IMG/VR virus record: IMGVR_UViG_3300045594_000630
Length of the DNA: 64,000 nucleotides
Source: a virus
Strand: one strand, 5' to 3'
Shown here: positions 35,630 through 45,338 of the stretch, one piece after another
Layout: each line of letters opens with the position of its first letter
Position numbering within the stretch: position 1 is the first letter of the stretch
Program-made: the position numbers and the translations under genes
The notes under the pieces: generated by a model
What the model was told of the DNA's origin: nothing
Seen by the model: the letters and a program-made list of their open reading frames with translations, nothing else
The model's database searches: none

Positions 35630-36496
35630 ATGATCAGGCTGGCCAGGGAGAACCCTAGCAAGGAGTCAGAACGCCGTGCTAGAAGGGCTAAGCAATGCTT
35701 GGCGGATTCTAATGCCAGGTTGGTCTACAAGAAGGCTAACGCGGCATGGAAAAGATATCTGAATGGCAAGAAGAATCGGCCAGGTACTAGTCTTGAAGAT
35801 CTTATCGGAGCTGGAAGGGTTGGACTGTCCCGCGCTCTCAAAGACTATGACGATCTCCGCGGATTCAAGTTCTCAACGTACGCGATCTGGTGGATCAGGC
35901 ATTACATCCAGCGACTAGGCTATAAGATATCCAAAGTCGGCAATCTTCCCGGTAGCAAGATCAGCATACTCATGGACGTGAATAAGGACATCTCCGCCAT
36001 TCAGGCCGAGGACAGGAAAGTCACCCATGATGAGATGCATGAGATCTTGGTGAAGCACGGTATCGATGAGGCCGAGTACAATAAGATCAAATCATTCGAC
36101 GCGACAGCGTACAGTCTTGACGCTCCGGTGTTTGATGACGGATCGGCCACGGTGGGTGATGTTCTCATGTGTGAGGACACGAGCTATGGCACGACAGGCC
36201 AGGGTGACCTCAATCCGGAGTCAGAGGCGCTGCGTTCGGACACGATCTCAACGTTCAATACGATCTTGGACGAGCTTACCCCGTTGCAGAGATCACTCGT
36301 GACGATGATGTACATCGAGGACAATCCCATGGGTGCGAATGGTGAGATCAAGCGGACCAGGGCGTCTGTCCGCAGGGAGCTTGGGGTCACGAAGGCTAAG
36401 GCTGACAAGGAGCTGAACGATGCTCTTGCCATTCTCCGACGTGAGATGACGGCTGCCGGCTACGGCCCGGCATCCGGTGACTGGTCTAATCGTTAG
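35630..36496 (+). CDS. sigma-70 family RNA polymerase sigma factor (true start may lie upstream)
   Basis: EDLIGAGRVGL...FKFSTYAIWWIRHYI; SLDAPV; region 4-like C-terminus. Confidence 0.88.
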   Translation: MIRLARENPSKESERRARRAKQCLADSNARLVYKKANAAWKRYLNGKKNRPGTSLEDLIGAGRVGLSRALKDYDDLRGFKFSTYAIWWIRHYIQRLGYKISKVGNLPGSKISILMDVNKDISAIQAEDRKVTHDEMHEILVKHGIDEAEYNKIKSFDATAYSLDAPVFDDGSATVGDVLMCEDTSYGTTGQGDLNPESEALRSDTISTFNTILDELTPLQRSLVTMMYIEDNPMGANGEIKRTRASVRRELGVTKAKADKELNDALAILRREMTAAGYGPASGDWSNR

Positions 36497-36540
36497 ATAC
36501 TATTCAGTGACGACAGTTGTCCTCAGATGGAGATGGAACG

Positions 36541-38793
36541 ATGCATGACGTCTGGCACATGACCCCGAACGGACCTAAACGATGCTCTGCCCATGATCGT
36601 AGCTCTTGCCCGTATCATGACAGGATGCACGGTAGTCATGATGATCTGGTTAAGACTTATGAGACGGACATGACCGCAGTCCATGACCTCAAGGCAAGAC
36701 TTACGGACGCGGCCAAGGCGTATTACCAGGGTTCTGACATTGACTCCCCCATGACGGATGAGGAGTATGACGCCGGGATCAAGTATCTTCGCCAGTTGGA
36801 TCATGATTACGATCTGAAGGATACGGCGATCACATCCCTACTTGACGGTAAGGTCGCGGGCGGTACTAGCGTTGAAGACAAGAATGCGAACAAGGTCCAT
36901 CATGATGTTCCCATGCTTTCCCTGCGTAAGGCTGACAATGAGGAGCAAGTGCAAGACTATCTGAGGGACATGGAGGCCGAGGGAGCTACTGGATTCAAGT
37001 TGCAGGCCAAGCTTGACGGCATCGCGTGCTCCGCGCAGTATGATGGCGGGCAGCTCGTGAAGATGAGCACCCGTGGGAACGGATCTGAGGGCGAGGACAT
37101 GTCTTACCTGATCTCCAGCCCTGACGTCCAGGTGAAGGGTCTTCCGAAGCAGCTTGGAGGAAAGCTGTCAGGCAAGAGCGTTGAGATCCGTGGAGAGCTG
37201 TTCTTGCGTCCATCCGAGTTCGAGAAGATGAACGCGGAGAGGCGGGCGTCCGGTGGGGACGAGTACAAGAACCCGAGGAATACGAACGCTGGCATCGTGA
37301 AGCGGGCCGCCCGGGGGATGAATGGAGAGAAGGCTACGCTCCAGTTCGTCATGTACAAGATCGTGGGACCAACGTCTGCCGATGATCTTGCAGATGCGGG
37401 AGTTGCCGAGATCTCAAGGGTCACTGAAGACGAGTGGAGGAAGACGGGTGATGCGGCCCCGGCATCCCTCATCGTGATGATGAAGGGTAAGACGCCGGAT
37501 GAGGTCACCGCTGACACGATGAACGTGATCAACATGTTCGGCCCTGTCCGTGATGATCTGGACATCCCCACTGACGGCATCGTCATCAAGCCCGTGAACG
37601 AGACGGAGATGGACCGGAAGATGGGTCATAACGCTCATCATCCGTTATCCCAGCTTGCATGGAAGTACAGTGGCGCCATGGCTCAGGTGAAGGTGCAGGA
37701 TGTGGAGTGGACTGTAGGAAAGTCTGGCAAGCTGACTCCAACGGTGATCTATGAGCCGGCTTCATTCGGCGGGTCAATGAACTCACGGGCGACGCTGCAT
37801 AACCCGGCTATCTTGGAAGAGCTTCAGATCTCGAAGGGGAGCGTCATTCAGGTCGAGAAGCGCCACGATGTGATCCCTGAGATCAAGCGTGAGAAGCCGA
37901 TCTTCACGCCTGCCAACACTGACGCTATCAAACCGCCCAAGACCTGCCCGTACTGCGGACAGACCATTGTCCGGAAGGGAAGGGTCTACTCCTGCCCGAA
38001 TCCGCAGTGCCCATCCAGGGGATCGTACATGCTGAAGGCGGCTGCCGGCAAGGGTGCTCTCAACTTTGATGGCATGGGTGGGAATCTTATCGAATCCCTG
38101 CAGGACAGCGGAGCAGTATCTACCATAGCCGACTTCTATGATCTCACCGAGGACTCCCTGGCCGAGACACCCGTTGGCACTCGTGAAGACGGGACGCCAA
38201 AGACCTTCGGCCATACAAGAGCCCAGCACGTCATGGAGTTCATCAACGCGAGCAAGAATCTTCCATTCCATAAGGTCTTACCAGCCTTGTCCATCAATGA
38301 TCTTGGTCCACAGACCGCCAAGGCCATCATATCCAAGTACCCGTCCATAGATGAGATCAGATCTGCGTCCGTGGACGATCTTGCCAGCATCGAGGGCATT
38401 GGACCGGAGACAGCCCGTAAGGTGAAGGACGGGATATCCGCGCAATGGCCCGTCATCCAGAGGCTTAAGACCGCGGGTCTGCAGATGGAGGAGAAGCATC
38501 AGCCCTTGAACCATGAGAACGGATCTGATCCAGCCGTGAGGGCTGTCAAGGGTCTTAGATTCAGCATCAGCGGCGCGGTTCCAAGCGGATACAAGAATCG
38601 TGGCGAATGGCAGGAGTTCGTGGACGCGATGGGCGGTGAAGCCCAGAGCGCCCCCAATGCTGACACTGACTACATGATCGGTGATCCGTCATCCACATCT
38701 GGTAAGATCATGAAGGCGAAGAAGCTCGGGGTGAAGATCATATCCCCAGACGAGTTCATGGACGCGGTGAAGAGAGGCTCGTTCACCGCTTGA
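36541..38793 (+). CDS. ligA: NAD-dependent DNA ligase with extra N-terminal Cys/His motif
   Basis: HDVPMLSL, AKLDG, TRGNG, DGIVIK, CPYC-CPNPQC, HhH, BRCT; GGAG SD before ATG 36541. Confidence 0.95.
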   Translation: MHDVWHMTPNGPKRCSAHDRSSCPYHDRMHGSHDDLVKTYETDMTAVHDLKARLTDAAKAYYQGSDIDSPMTDEEYDAGIKYLRQLDHDYDLKDTAITSLLDGKVAGGTSVEDKNANKVHHDVPMLSLRKADNEEQVQDYLRDMEAEGATGFKLQAKLDGIACSAQYDGGQLVKMSTRGNGSEGEDMSYLISSPDVQVKGLPKQLGGKLSGKSVEIRGELFLRPSEFEKMNAERRASGGDEYKNPRNTNAGIVKRAARGMNGEKATLQFVMYKIVGPTSADDLADAGVAEISRVTEDEWRKTGDAAPASLIVMMKGKTPDEVTADTMNVINMFGPVRDDLDIPTDGIVIKPVNETEMDRKMGHNAHHPLSQLAWKYSGAMAQVKVQDVEWTVGKSGKLTPTVIYEPASFGGSMNSRATLHNPAILEELQISKGSVIQVEKRHDVIPEIKREKPIFTPANTDAIKPPKTCPYCGQTIVRKGRVYSCPNPQCPSRGSYMLKAAAGKGALNFDGMGGNLIESLQDSGAVSTIADFYDLTEDSLAETPVGTREDGTPKTFGHTRAQHVMEFINASKNLPFHKVLPALSINDLGPQTAKAIISKYPSIDEIRSASVDDLASIEGIGPETARKVKDGISAQWPVIQRLKTAGLQMEEKHQPLNHENGSDPAVRAVKGLRFSISGAVPSGYKNRGEWQEFVDAMGGEAQSAPNADTDYMIGDPSSTSGKIMKAKKLGVKIISPDEFMDAVKRGSFTA

Positions 38794-38950
38794 TGGTATT
38801 ATAGATCTTCGCTGATCTTCCATGCAGATCGTTTCTACATGACGATCACATGTTAGATCTAATGCACCCTCTAAAATGGGGATCATGATAGTATCGAGCT
38901 TGATATCTTCATTGTCCGCGCTAAAATCGAATAGGAAGGAGTAAGAAGTA

Positions 38951-39175
38951 ATGGTTACCATATACACGAAGCAACATTGCCCGCAGTGCGCTGCGACGAA
39001 GAGAAGACTCGCCAGGAACGGCGTGCAGTTCGTTGAGCAGGATGCGATCAGCAATCTTGATTCACTGAAGTCGATGGGGTTCAGAGCAGCCCCGGTTGTG
39101 ATCACATCTGAGACGAAATGGTCGGGCTACCGTCCAGATCTCATTGATGAGATAAGGGTCCCGGTGGCTGCGTAA
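38951..39175 (+). CDS. nrdH: NrdH glutaredoxin-like protein
   Basis: VTIYTKQHCPQC...APVV...WSGYRPD. Confidence 0.9.
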   Translation: MVTIYTKQHCPQCAATKRRLARNGVQFVEQDAISNLDSLKSMGFRAAPVVITSETKWSGYRPDLIDEIRVPVAA

Positions 39176-39195
39176 CAGTTCGCCCGGACTCTTTG

Positions 39196-39222
39196 GGAAT
39201 AGCGTCGAGCTATTCCTTTTTT
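39196..39222 (+). terminator. intrinsic terminator
   Basis: ggaatagc/gctattcc plus T6. Confidence 0.75.
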
Positions 39223-39240
39223 CATGCGTTCTTACCGGGC

Positions 39241-39374
39241 TGAGATCCAGCTATGTTCAGAAGCATAGGCCCTGCTAGTGTTCTAGACGCATTCGGAACG
39301 GCACCATGCGAGAATCACCGATCTAGTATGACGTTACTTCTTGAACACTACCGCGTCTTCAGATTCCAGATCTG
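39241..39374 (+). repeat. 134-bp dispersed repeat, copy A
   Basis: Gapless 97/134 match (hand count) to the reverse complement of 53059-53192; first 23 nt identical. Confidence 0.85.
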
Positions 39375-39403
39375 TTGACTAGATGGTAACATGATGTTAG
39401 CAT
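39375..39403 (+). promoter_or_regulatory. sigma70-type promoter directly abutting repeat A
   Basis: TTGACT-17 nt-TAGCAT. Confidence 0.55.
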
Positions 39404-39437
39404 TAGATGAAACGGATCATTAAGGAATGGAGGAATC

Positions 39438-40013
39438 ATGCTTGATGGCAAGACCGAGTTCAGTCTGACGGTAGGTGAGATCAATGACATGATCACCACC
39501 TCGGTTCTCTACGCTTGCGGCCGTTCGTCTTACATCACCAGCGTGGTGGGAGACTTCATGAAGACAATGGCCGATCATGCTTCAGGTGAGACCATTGACG
39601 CTGTCATGAAGATCATTGCGGATCAGTCATCTCGTTCACGAAATGATTATGACATGATCTACGTATGGGCTCCAGTCATGGACTTGTACGGCAGACTAGA
39701 GCGCAGATCAGTCGACCCTGATGACGTGATCGTGTTCACGTATGAACTTGATGATTTCTATCTTGTCCTAGGATCGTGCCACAGGGCCATCTGCTACCAT
39801 GATCCCAAGCCCGTCATGAGCATCGATACGTTCAAGAACATCATCAGACGGAATCCGGGGACGATGAATGAGAAGTGGAAGCGTAATCTTCTCCGGGACA
39901 TCAACGATCTCCTGTACATCGACAAGCGATCAGATGCGGAGTTCATCAAGCAACAGAAGACGTATGACGGCGCTGGTGAATATCTTCGCAATGAGCGAGG
40001 AGAGATTCTATGA
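39438..40013 (+). CDS. hypothetical protein
   Basis: GGAGG SD; 191 aa. Confidence 0.75.
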   Translation: MLDGKTEFSLTVGEINDMITTSVLYACGRSSYITSVVGDFMKTMADHASGETIDAVMKIIADQSSRSRNDYDMIYVWAPVMDLYGRLERRSVDPDDVIVFTYELDDFYLVLGSCHRAICYHDPKPVMSIDTFKNIIRRNPGTMNEKWKRNLLRDINDLLYIDKRSDAEFIKQQKTYDGAGEYLRNERGEIL

Positions 40014-40684
40014 ACAAGGTCATCGGGTTAGTATTAGGGGTCTTCATCGGATCGGTCGTCTTGATAGCCCAGCCATTGGGAGTTCTCTGGAGCCTGCCGC
40101 TTGCCCTGGGGATCGGTGGAGGCGTCGGAGCGCTGGTCGCTAAGATCTATGCCCCTGAGGTGAAGGTCGGGAACGTGAAAGCCGCTCTCGTGAAAGATCC
40201 CAAGGCCGTTGCAGACAAGCTGGAGAAGGGTAAGGACTTCCTCTCCATGCTGGTCGCAAGACAGGGCCAGGTGAAAGATCCCACGGTGTCTGGTGAGATC
40301 AACGAGCTCATAGATGATGTCACCAGATTGATCTCATACGTGGAAGATCATCCCTCGCAGTACCAGTCCCTCGGATCATTCTTATCGTCGTACGCGATGC
40401 AGGCAGATCAGGTGCTGTCAGGCTACGTGACCATAGAGGCGTACGGCGGCCACGTCGACGCTGCTAGGGAGAACACGATCAACGCTTTGAACGCTCTTGA
40501 GGGTGCAGCCCGTGGTAGTCTAGATCATATCAGTACTGCGCAGAGCACGGCCGTCGAGGCAAGCAGCGAGGCTATCAACCGGCTGGTATCCATGCAAGGG
40601 TACCAGCCCGATGAGAACCAGTCTGCTGACACGCTGAATGCAGCGTCTGAATTGAAGAAGCTCGCGTCACCATCCAACGGGTGA
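40010..40684 (+). CDS. XpaC-like protein
   Basis: N-terminal TMs plus helical domain, directly upstream of a TelA homolog (xpaC-yaaN arrangement). Confidence 0.65.
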   Translation: MNKVIGLVLGVFIGSVVLIAQPLGVLWSLPLALGIGGGVGALVAKIYAPEVKVGNVKAALVKDPKAVADKLEKGKDFLSMLVARQGQVKDPTVSGEINELIDDVTRLISYVEDHPSQYQSLGSFLSSYAMQADQVLSGYVTIEAYGGHVDAARENTINALNALEGAARGSLDHISTAQSTAVEASSEAINRLVSMQGYQPDENQSADTLNAASELKKLASPSNG

Positions 40685-40726
40685 CGCATAATAGTAACCA
40701 TCATCACTAATCACAAGGAGAACATC

Positions 40727-41893
40727 GTGACGGAAGCAACAGCTAGTGCAGCCGAGAACGCGCCGGACAGTAATGACATCTCGCTAGACGATCTGACGGC
40801 AGCGTCTGGTACGGAGGTAGCGCAAGCCCAGCCGGCAGCGTCTGACGTGACCGTGGCAGCACCAGTCGAGCAGAAGCTGTCCGCTGAAGATCAGGCTAAG
40901 GCCGATGAGATCGCCAAGAGCATCGACTTCACGAAGGACAACATCGAATCTTCATACGGATCTGAAGCCCAGCGGACGCTCGGTGAATTCGCTGACTCCA
41001 TTCTAGACAACACGAGATCTAAGGACGCTGGTCAGGCCGGGGAGCTGATGCAGAAGCTCGTGACCACGATCGATGACTCTCATCTGAACGGGGTGAAGAA
41101 GATACCGATCATCGGGAACGTGACGATGAAGATCGATGAGATCAGGCGCCGTTACCAGAAGGTGACCCCACAGATCGATGACATTGTGGACAAGCTGCTT
41201 CAAGCGCAAGCGCAGATGCAGGCAGACATCGCCATGTATGATGTCATGTATGATCGTAACTACGCCCAGTACAAGGCGTTGAAGATCTACGTGGCAGCTG
41301 GTAAGAAGAGTCTTGAGGAGTTCAAGAAGGATAAGCTCCCGAAGCTGGAAGCGCAGGCTGCAAGCAGTAATGATCCCATGAAGGCCCAGGTTCTGAAGGA
41401 CTTCAAGGACAAGCTGGATCGGTTCGCCAAGCACCTTGATGACCTGGACAGGATCAGCGTCGTATCGCTTCAGAACGCTCCGCAGATCAAGGTCTTGCAG
41501 AACGCTGACCGCAAGGTTGCTGACAAGGTGAACACGACGATCACAACCACGATCCCGCTCTGGAAGTCCCAGATGGTGATCGCCCTCGGTCTTGAACGCC
41601 AGCGCCAGGCCATCGATCTCCAGAACAGGGTTGATGACACGACGAACAAGCTGCTGGCGCAGAACGCTGAACTTCTTCATACTGGAGCAGTCGCAGCCGA
41701 GAAGGCTAGCCAGCGATCCGTGGTCGACATCGAGACCCTACAGAAGGTGAACAGCGAATTGATCGCAACCTTGAAGGAGACCCAGCAGATCCAGGAGGAA
41801 GGTCGCCAGAAGAGAGCGGCTGCAGAGGGTCAGATGCGACAGATCGAGCAAGAGCTCAAGACCGCCCTCCGTGAGAACGCGAAATCCATGTGA
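40727..41893 (+). CDS. TelA/KlaA toxic anion resistance family protein
   Basis: YGSEAQ, QNAPQIKVLQ, TTIPLWKSQM, VVDIETL. Confidence 0.9.
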   Translation: MTEATASAAENAPDSNDISLDDLTAASGTEVAQAQPAASDVTVAAPVEQKLSAEDQAKADEIAKSIDFTKDNIESSYGSEAQRTLGEFADSILDNTRSKDAGQAGELMQKLVTTIDDSHLNGVKKIPIIGNVTMKIDEIRRRYQKVTPQIDDIVDKLLQAQAQMQADIAMYDVMYDRNYAQYKALKIYVAAGKKSLEEFKKDKLPKLEAQAASSNDPMKAQVLKDFKDKLDRFAKHLDDLDRISVVSLQNAPQIKVLQNADRKVADKVNTTITTTIPLWKSQMVIALGLERQRQAIDLQNRVDDTTNKLLAQNAELLHTGAVAAEKASQRSVVDIETLQKVNSELIATLKETQQIQEEGRQKRAAAEGQMRQIEQELKTALRENAKSM

Positions 41894-41930
41894 ATGATTC
41901 CGCTATGATGCGGATTGATATCTTCACCAT

Positions 41931-42689
41931 GTGAGAATAGCTACATGGAACGTGCTTAATGACACGGAGTCTTGGTGGAAGCGGATACCGGGCATCGTTG
42001 GCGTGATCCGGCGTGATGATCCTGACATCATATGTCTTCAGGAGGTCATTGACGCGGGTAAGAATACGATGAAGATCCAGCTGAAACGCGCAGGATATGA
42101 GATCAGTGAAGCATCAGACACTAATGGAACTGACAAGTGCTATGTAGCATGGAAGTCTGACGGATACGATCTCTCCGGCGAGTACAGCATCTCCGGAATT
42201 GATGTCAAGATCGTACGGCTTGCAACCAGATCTGGCAGCAGGCTCTTCATAGCGTCGTATCACGGGCTATGGGGGGCTGAGCGCAATCATGAACGCACGA
42301 TCGAAGTCAGATCTATAATCTCATGGATGGAAGGCCATACCGGGCCGGGAGATCTGGTCTATCTAGCCGGCGACTTCAACGCTCGTCCATACGATCATGC
42401 GCTCAAAGTGCTGCATGGAGAGGAAGATGATGACACGTACTGGACTGACGCTGCTTCCGCGCCGGTCGTCCGGGGACTTGGCCACGGAACGTCATTGAAG
42501 ACGGGGATGGCCTTGAAGACCGCGAAGAGAAAGTCGATCATCATGCCGTCCGCGCTCCCTGACAGAACGATTGATCATATACTTGTCCGCGGATGGATGC
42601 ATGGCAAGCGCGGCGGGTTCAAGGCCCTGGAAGCGCGATCGTTCGCAGATCTGAGTGATCATGCTCTTCTCATGGCCGACATCATCTAA
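41931..42689 (+). CDS. endonuclease/exonuclease/phosphatase family protein
   Basis: ATWNV, LQEV, AGDFNA, IDHI, SDH. Confidence 0.88.
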   Translation: MRIATWNVLNDTESWWKRIPGIVGVIRRDDPDIICLQEVIDAGKNTMKIQLKRAGYEISEASDTNGTDKCYVAWKSDGYDLSGEYSISGIDVKIVRLATRSGSRLFIASYHGLWGAERNHERTIEVRSIISWMEGHTGPGDLVYLAGDFNARPYDHALKVLHGEEDDDTYWTDAASAPVVRGLGHGTSLKTGMALKTAKRKSIIMPSALPDRTIDHILVRGWMHGKRGGFKALEARSFADLSDHALLMADII

Positions 42690-42780
42690 TGGATCAGAGA
42701 ATATATTGATACTGGCCTTCAGAGGTCTGAATCTGTGCGCGTTCAGAGGAAGACGCTGAAGGTCTCCCTACTTGGTAAGG

Positions 42781-43173
42781 TTAAGCCCGCTCCACGATGG
42801 ACAATAGGCTGTCCCGATCACCAGCGGCTGCAAGCATGGCAGCTTTCACCACGTCATCATCACTGATCTTCAACGGGCCACGCACCATGTCAATGATCGT
42901 GAGACCGGAGATCACAGCTGTTCTCTTGTTGCCATCAGGGAATCCGTGGTCGCGCGCTATTCTGATCATAAGGTCCGTAACCTGGTCATTCAGACCGTCA
43001 TACATCTCGGCTCTTGCTACGAAGACCACGTAGACTATTGAACCGATGACCTTCCTGCTGGAATACGACACGGCGTTCAGACCCTTGCTCATGGTGAGCA
43101 GGGCGTCATGAGTGGCCATGATGAGCTCGATCATGTCTTCAATGGTTCTTTCACCTAATTCTATCGGCTTCAC
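42781..43173 (-). CDS. Doc/Fic-family toxin
   Basis: HGFPDGNKRTA. Confidence 0.88.
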   Translation of the reverse strand: MKPIELGERTIEDMIELIMATHDALLTMSKGLNAVSYSSRKVIGSIVYVVFVARAEMYDGLNDQVTDLMIRIARDHGFPDGNKRTAVISGLTIIDMVRGPLKISDDDVVKAAMLAAAGDRDSLLSIVERA

Positions 43174-43367
43174 TTGTCTTCAAGCTCCCGTATGGCCGTA
43201 GGGAGCGTTCTAATGACGTTCTTAAGCGAGAACAGTGCTTCCCGCAGGGAAAATGCGGGCGCCTCTCCGCCCGCGTCTATGGTGCGTTCTATCGCTTCTG
43301 AACCGGTATTCTTTTCCACGAGATCAATGGTATCACGCGGATATGATCGCGGCGATAAGATCGTCAT
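43170..43367 (-). CDS. probable antitoxin, 65 aa
   Basis: Small ORF whose stop overlaps the doc start. Confidence 0.55.
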   Translation of the reverse strand: MTILSPRSYPRDTIDLVEKNTGSEAIERTIDAGGEAPAFSLREALFSLKNVIRTLPTAIRELEDK

Positions 43368-43896
43368 GCTTCTTCACGGAGTCGATGCCGGCAGGATCAA
43401 ACTTGAAGGCCGCCGGGTCGCTATCGCCGTTCCGAATCCATACCGCACCGAGGTCGTCATTGTACTCGATGTCGACGAGCTTGCTTCCAGATCGTATCCA
43501 CAGATCAATGAATCCGTCACTGATCTTCAGTCTTGACATCTTGGAGGATGGATCCCTCGCCGTCCAGCGCTGCTGGATGAGGTCAGCCCTGGAATCGATC
43601 GTGATGCCATCAATGGGATCATCTGGAAGGCCGGGTGCGGGTGGCTCCGGGACATCATCCTCCAGATCTTGCTGACGGTCATGATCTTCCATGCCCTCGG
43701 CAGCATCGTCTTCATGATCGTCCGCATTAGGCGTCTCATCAGATCCGTCGTCTTCATCCGTATCCGTGTCACTGAGACCGGTAAGATCTTCATCTTCTTC
43801 AGGAGCTGGATCTTGCTGATCATCAATCATGTCTTGACTGTTCTCATCTGAAGGAACGTCAGTATCGTCTGTATGACCCTTAAACCATTTGAACAT
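43333..43896 (-). CDS. acidic hypothetical protein
   Basis: Leaderless after CGATATCTT. Confidence 0.7.
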   Translation of the reverse strand: MFKWFKGHTDDTDVPSDENSQDMIDDQQDPAPEEDEDLTGLSDTDTDEDDGSDETPNADDHEDDAAEGMEDHDRQQDLEDDVPEPPAPGLPDDPIDGITIDSRADLIQQRWTARDPSSKMSRLKISDGFIDLWIRSGSKLVDIEYNDDLGAVWIRNGDSDPAAFKFDPAGIDSVKKHDDLIAAIISA

Positions 43897-43970
43897 GATG
43901 ATAAGATATCGGTCTCACTGTCTTTTCCAGATCTGAGGTAATATAATGACTATAGGATTGGGGTGGCGTC

Positions 43971-44888
43971 ATGATAAGAACGTTGATCGTTGGTGATGGC
44001 CATGACAAGTGGTCGACCATACTGCCGTTGGTTGATGCGGTCGTGAAGCGCTATACTGTTAGCCGGGTCATTCTTATGGGTGATCTGGTGAATGATTGGT
44101 CTGTGACGGCTCATGACGAGCTGAATGAGATCAGACTGCTTACAAGATGGATCAACACGAGTAAGATCCAGGTGGAGACCCTGATCGGGAATCATGATGT
44201 CTATTACTTGCTTGACTCAGGTGACCATCGACCGGAGACGGAAGAGGTGAGATCTGCATCACCGGGCCATCATTATGAGCTCCGTGGAGAGGTGAAGGCA
44301 CTGCTCTCAGATCTGAATCGCCCGTTGAAGATATCCACCGTCATCACGGTCGATGATCGTGAGTTCTTGCTTACTCATGCTGGACTTACGAAGCGATGGG
44401 CGGACTTCCATCTTGATCATGCGCAGGGCATCCGGCGTCTTAACCGGGCTCTTAACCATATGTATGACGAGTATGACTGGGCGGATCTGTACACGATCGG
44501 CCCTGCGCGCGGAGGCATCTCGATCCCCAGCCCGTTATGGGCTGACAGGGAGGAGCTGCTTGCAGATCCGTATCCAGATCTGCCGCAGATCGTTGGTCAC
44601 ACTCCGGTAAGCTCCGTTGAGGAGTGGATCCGTCCGAAGGGCGAGTACAGGACAGGATGGCCGCTGATCTTCTGCGACACGATGAGTTCAGCGTCTGATG
44701 GCACCCGGATCGGTGACTGGACTGCTCTTCTCGTTGATGATGAGTTCAGCGTGGTCAGTCTCGAGGACCCTGGTGATCTGAATCCGCTAGAGCATCAGTA
44801 TGAGACAAGGTACGAACGTCTTAAGGCTGATCGTAAGGCGCATGATCATGATGAGCATCCGGCATGGCGTCATCATCGCAGGAATTGA
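43971..44888 (+). CDS. calcineurin-like metallophosphoesterase
   Basis: GDGH, GDLVN, GNHD, THAG, GHT. Confidence 0.88.
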   Translation: MIRTLIVGDGHDKWSTILPLVDAVVKRYTVSRVILMGDLVNDWSVTAHDELNEIRLLTRWINTSKIQVETLIGNHDVYYLLDSGDHRPETEEVRSASPGHHYELRGEVKALLSDLNRPLKISTVITVDDREFLLTHAGLTKRWADFHLDHAQGIRRLNRALNHMYDEYDWADLYTIGPARGGISIPSPLWADREELLADPYPDLPQIVGHTPVSSVEEWIRPKGEYRTGWPLIFCDTMSSASDGTRIGDWTALLVDDEFSVVSLEDPGDLNPLEHQYETRYERLKADRKAHDHDEHPAWRHHRRN

Positions 44889-44929
44889 TATCTTCACCAT
44901 GCATACGTAACCAACATCAGGAGGTCAAC

Positions 44930-45226
44930 ATGTTCTGGTCACTGCTTACCGCGCTTACCGCGCTTGTCCTGCTCGCTCTCGTTCTTCCCAAGGTCATGGA
45001 TGCAGACAAGGGGAAGACCGGCAAGGTCGTGTCGATCACATGGAAGGTGATAGCCTTCGGACTGGTGGCGATCGCATTCTTCAACGTCTTCGAAGTTCTG
45101 ATGTTCTTCATCAGGTTCATTCTAGCCCTGCTGGTTGACGCTGTCATCTTGATGGCATTCATTGGGCTCGTTGTCTTCATCGTGAACAAGATCAGGGGCC
45201 ATAGGGACAGATCAGACATGAAATGA
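44930..45226 (+). CDS. small membrane protein
   Basis: GGAGG SD before MFWSLL; three hydrophobic helices. Confidence 0.7.
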   Translation: MFWSLLTALTALVLLALVLPKVMDADKGKTGKVVSITWKVIAFGLVAIAFFNVFEVLMFFIRFILALLVDAVILMAFIGLVVFIVNKIRGHRDRSDMK

Positions 45227-45338
45227 TGATCATGTTGGTATCATGATCTCTTGTTATTAAGCAGGTCGGTTGAGATGGTATGGAACGCGGGCCACCGCGT
45301 CCCTGAATGTCGGATCGACCTAATAGCAAGGAGATCTA

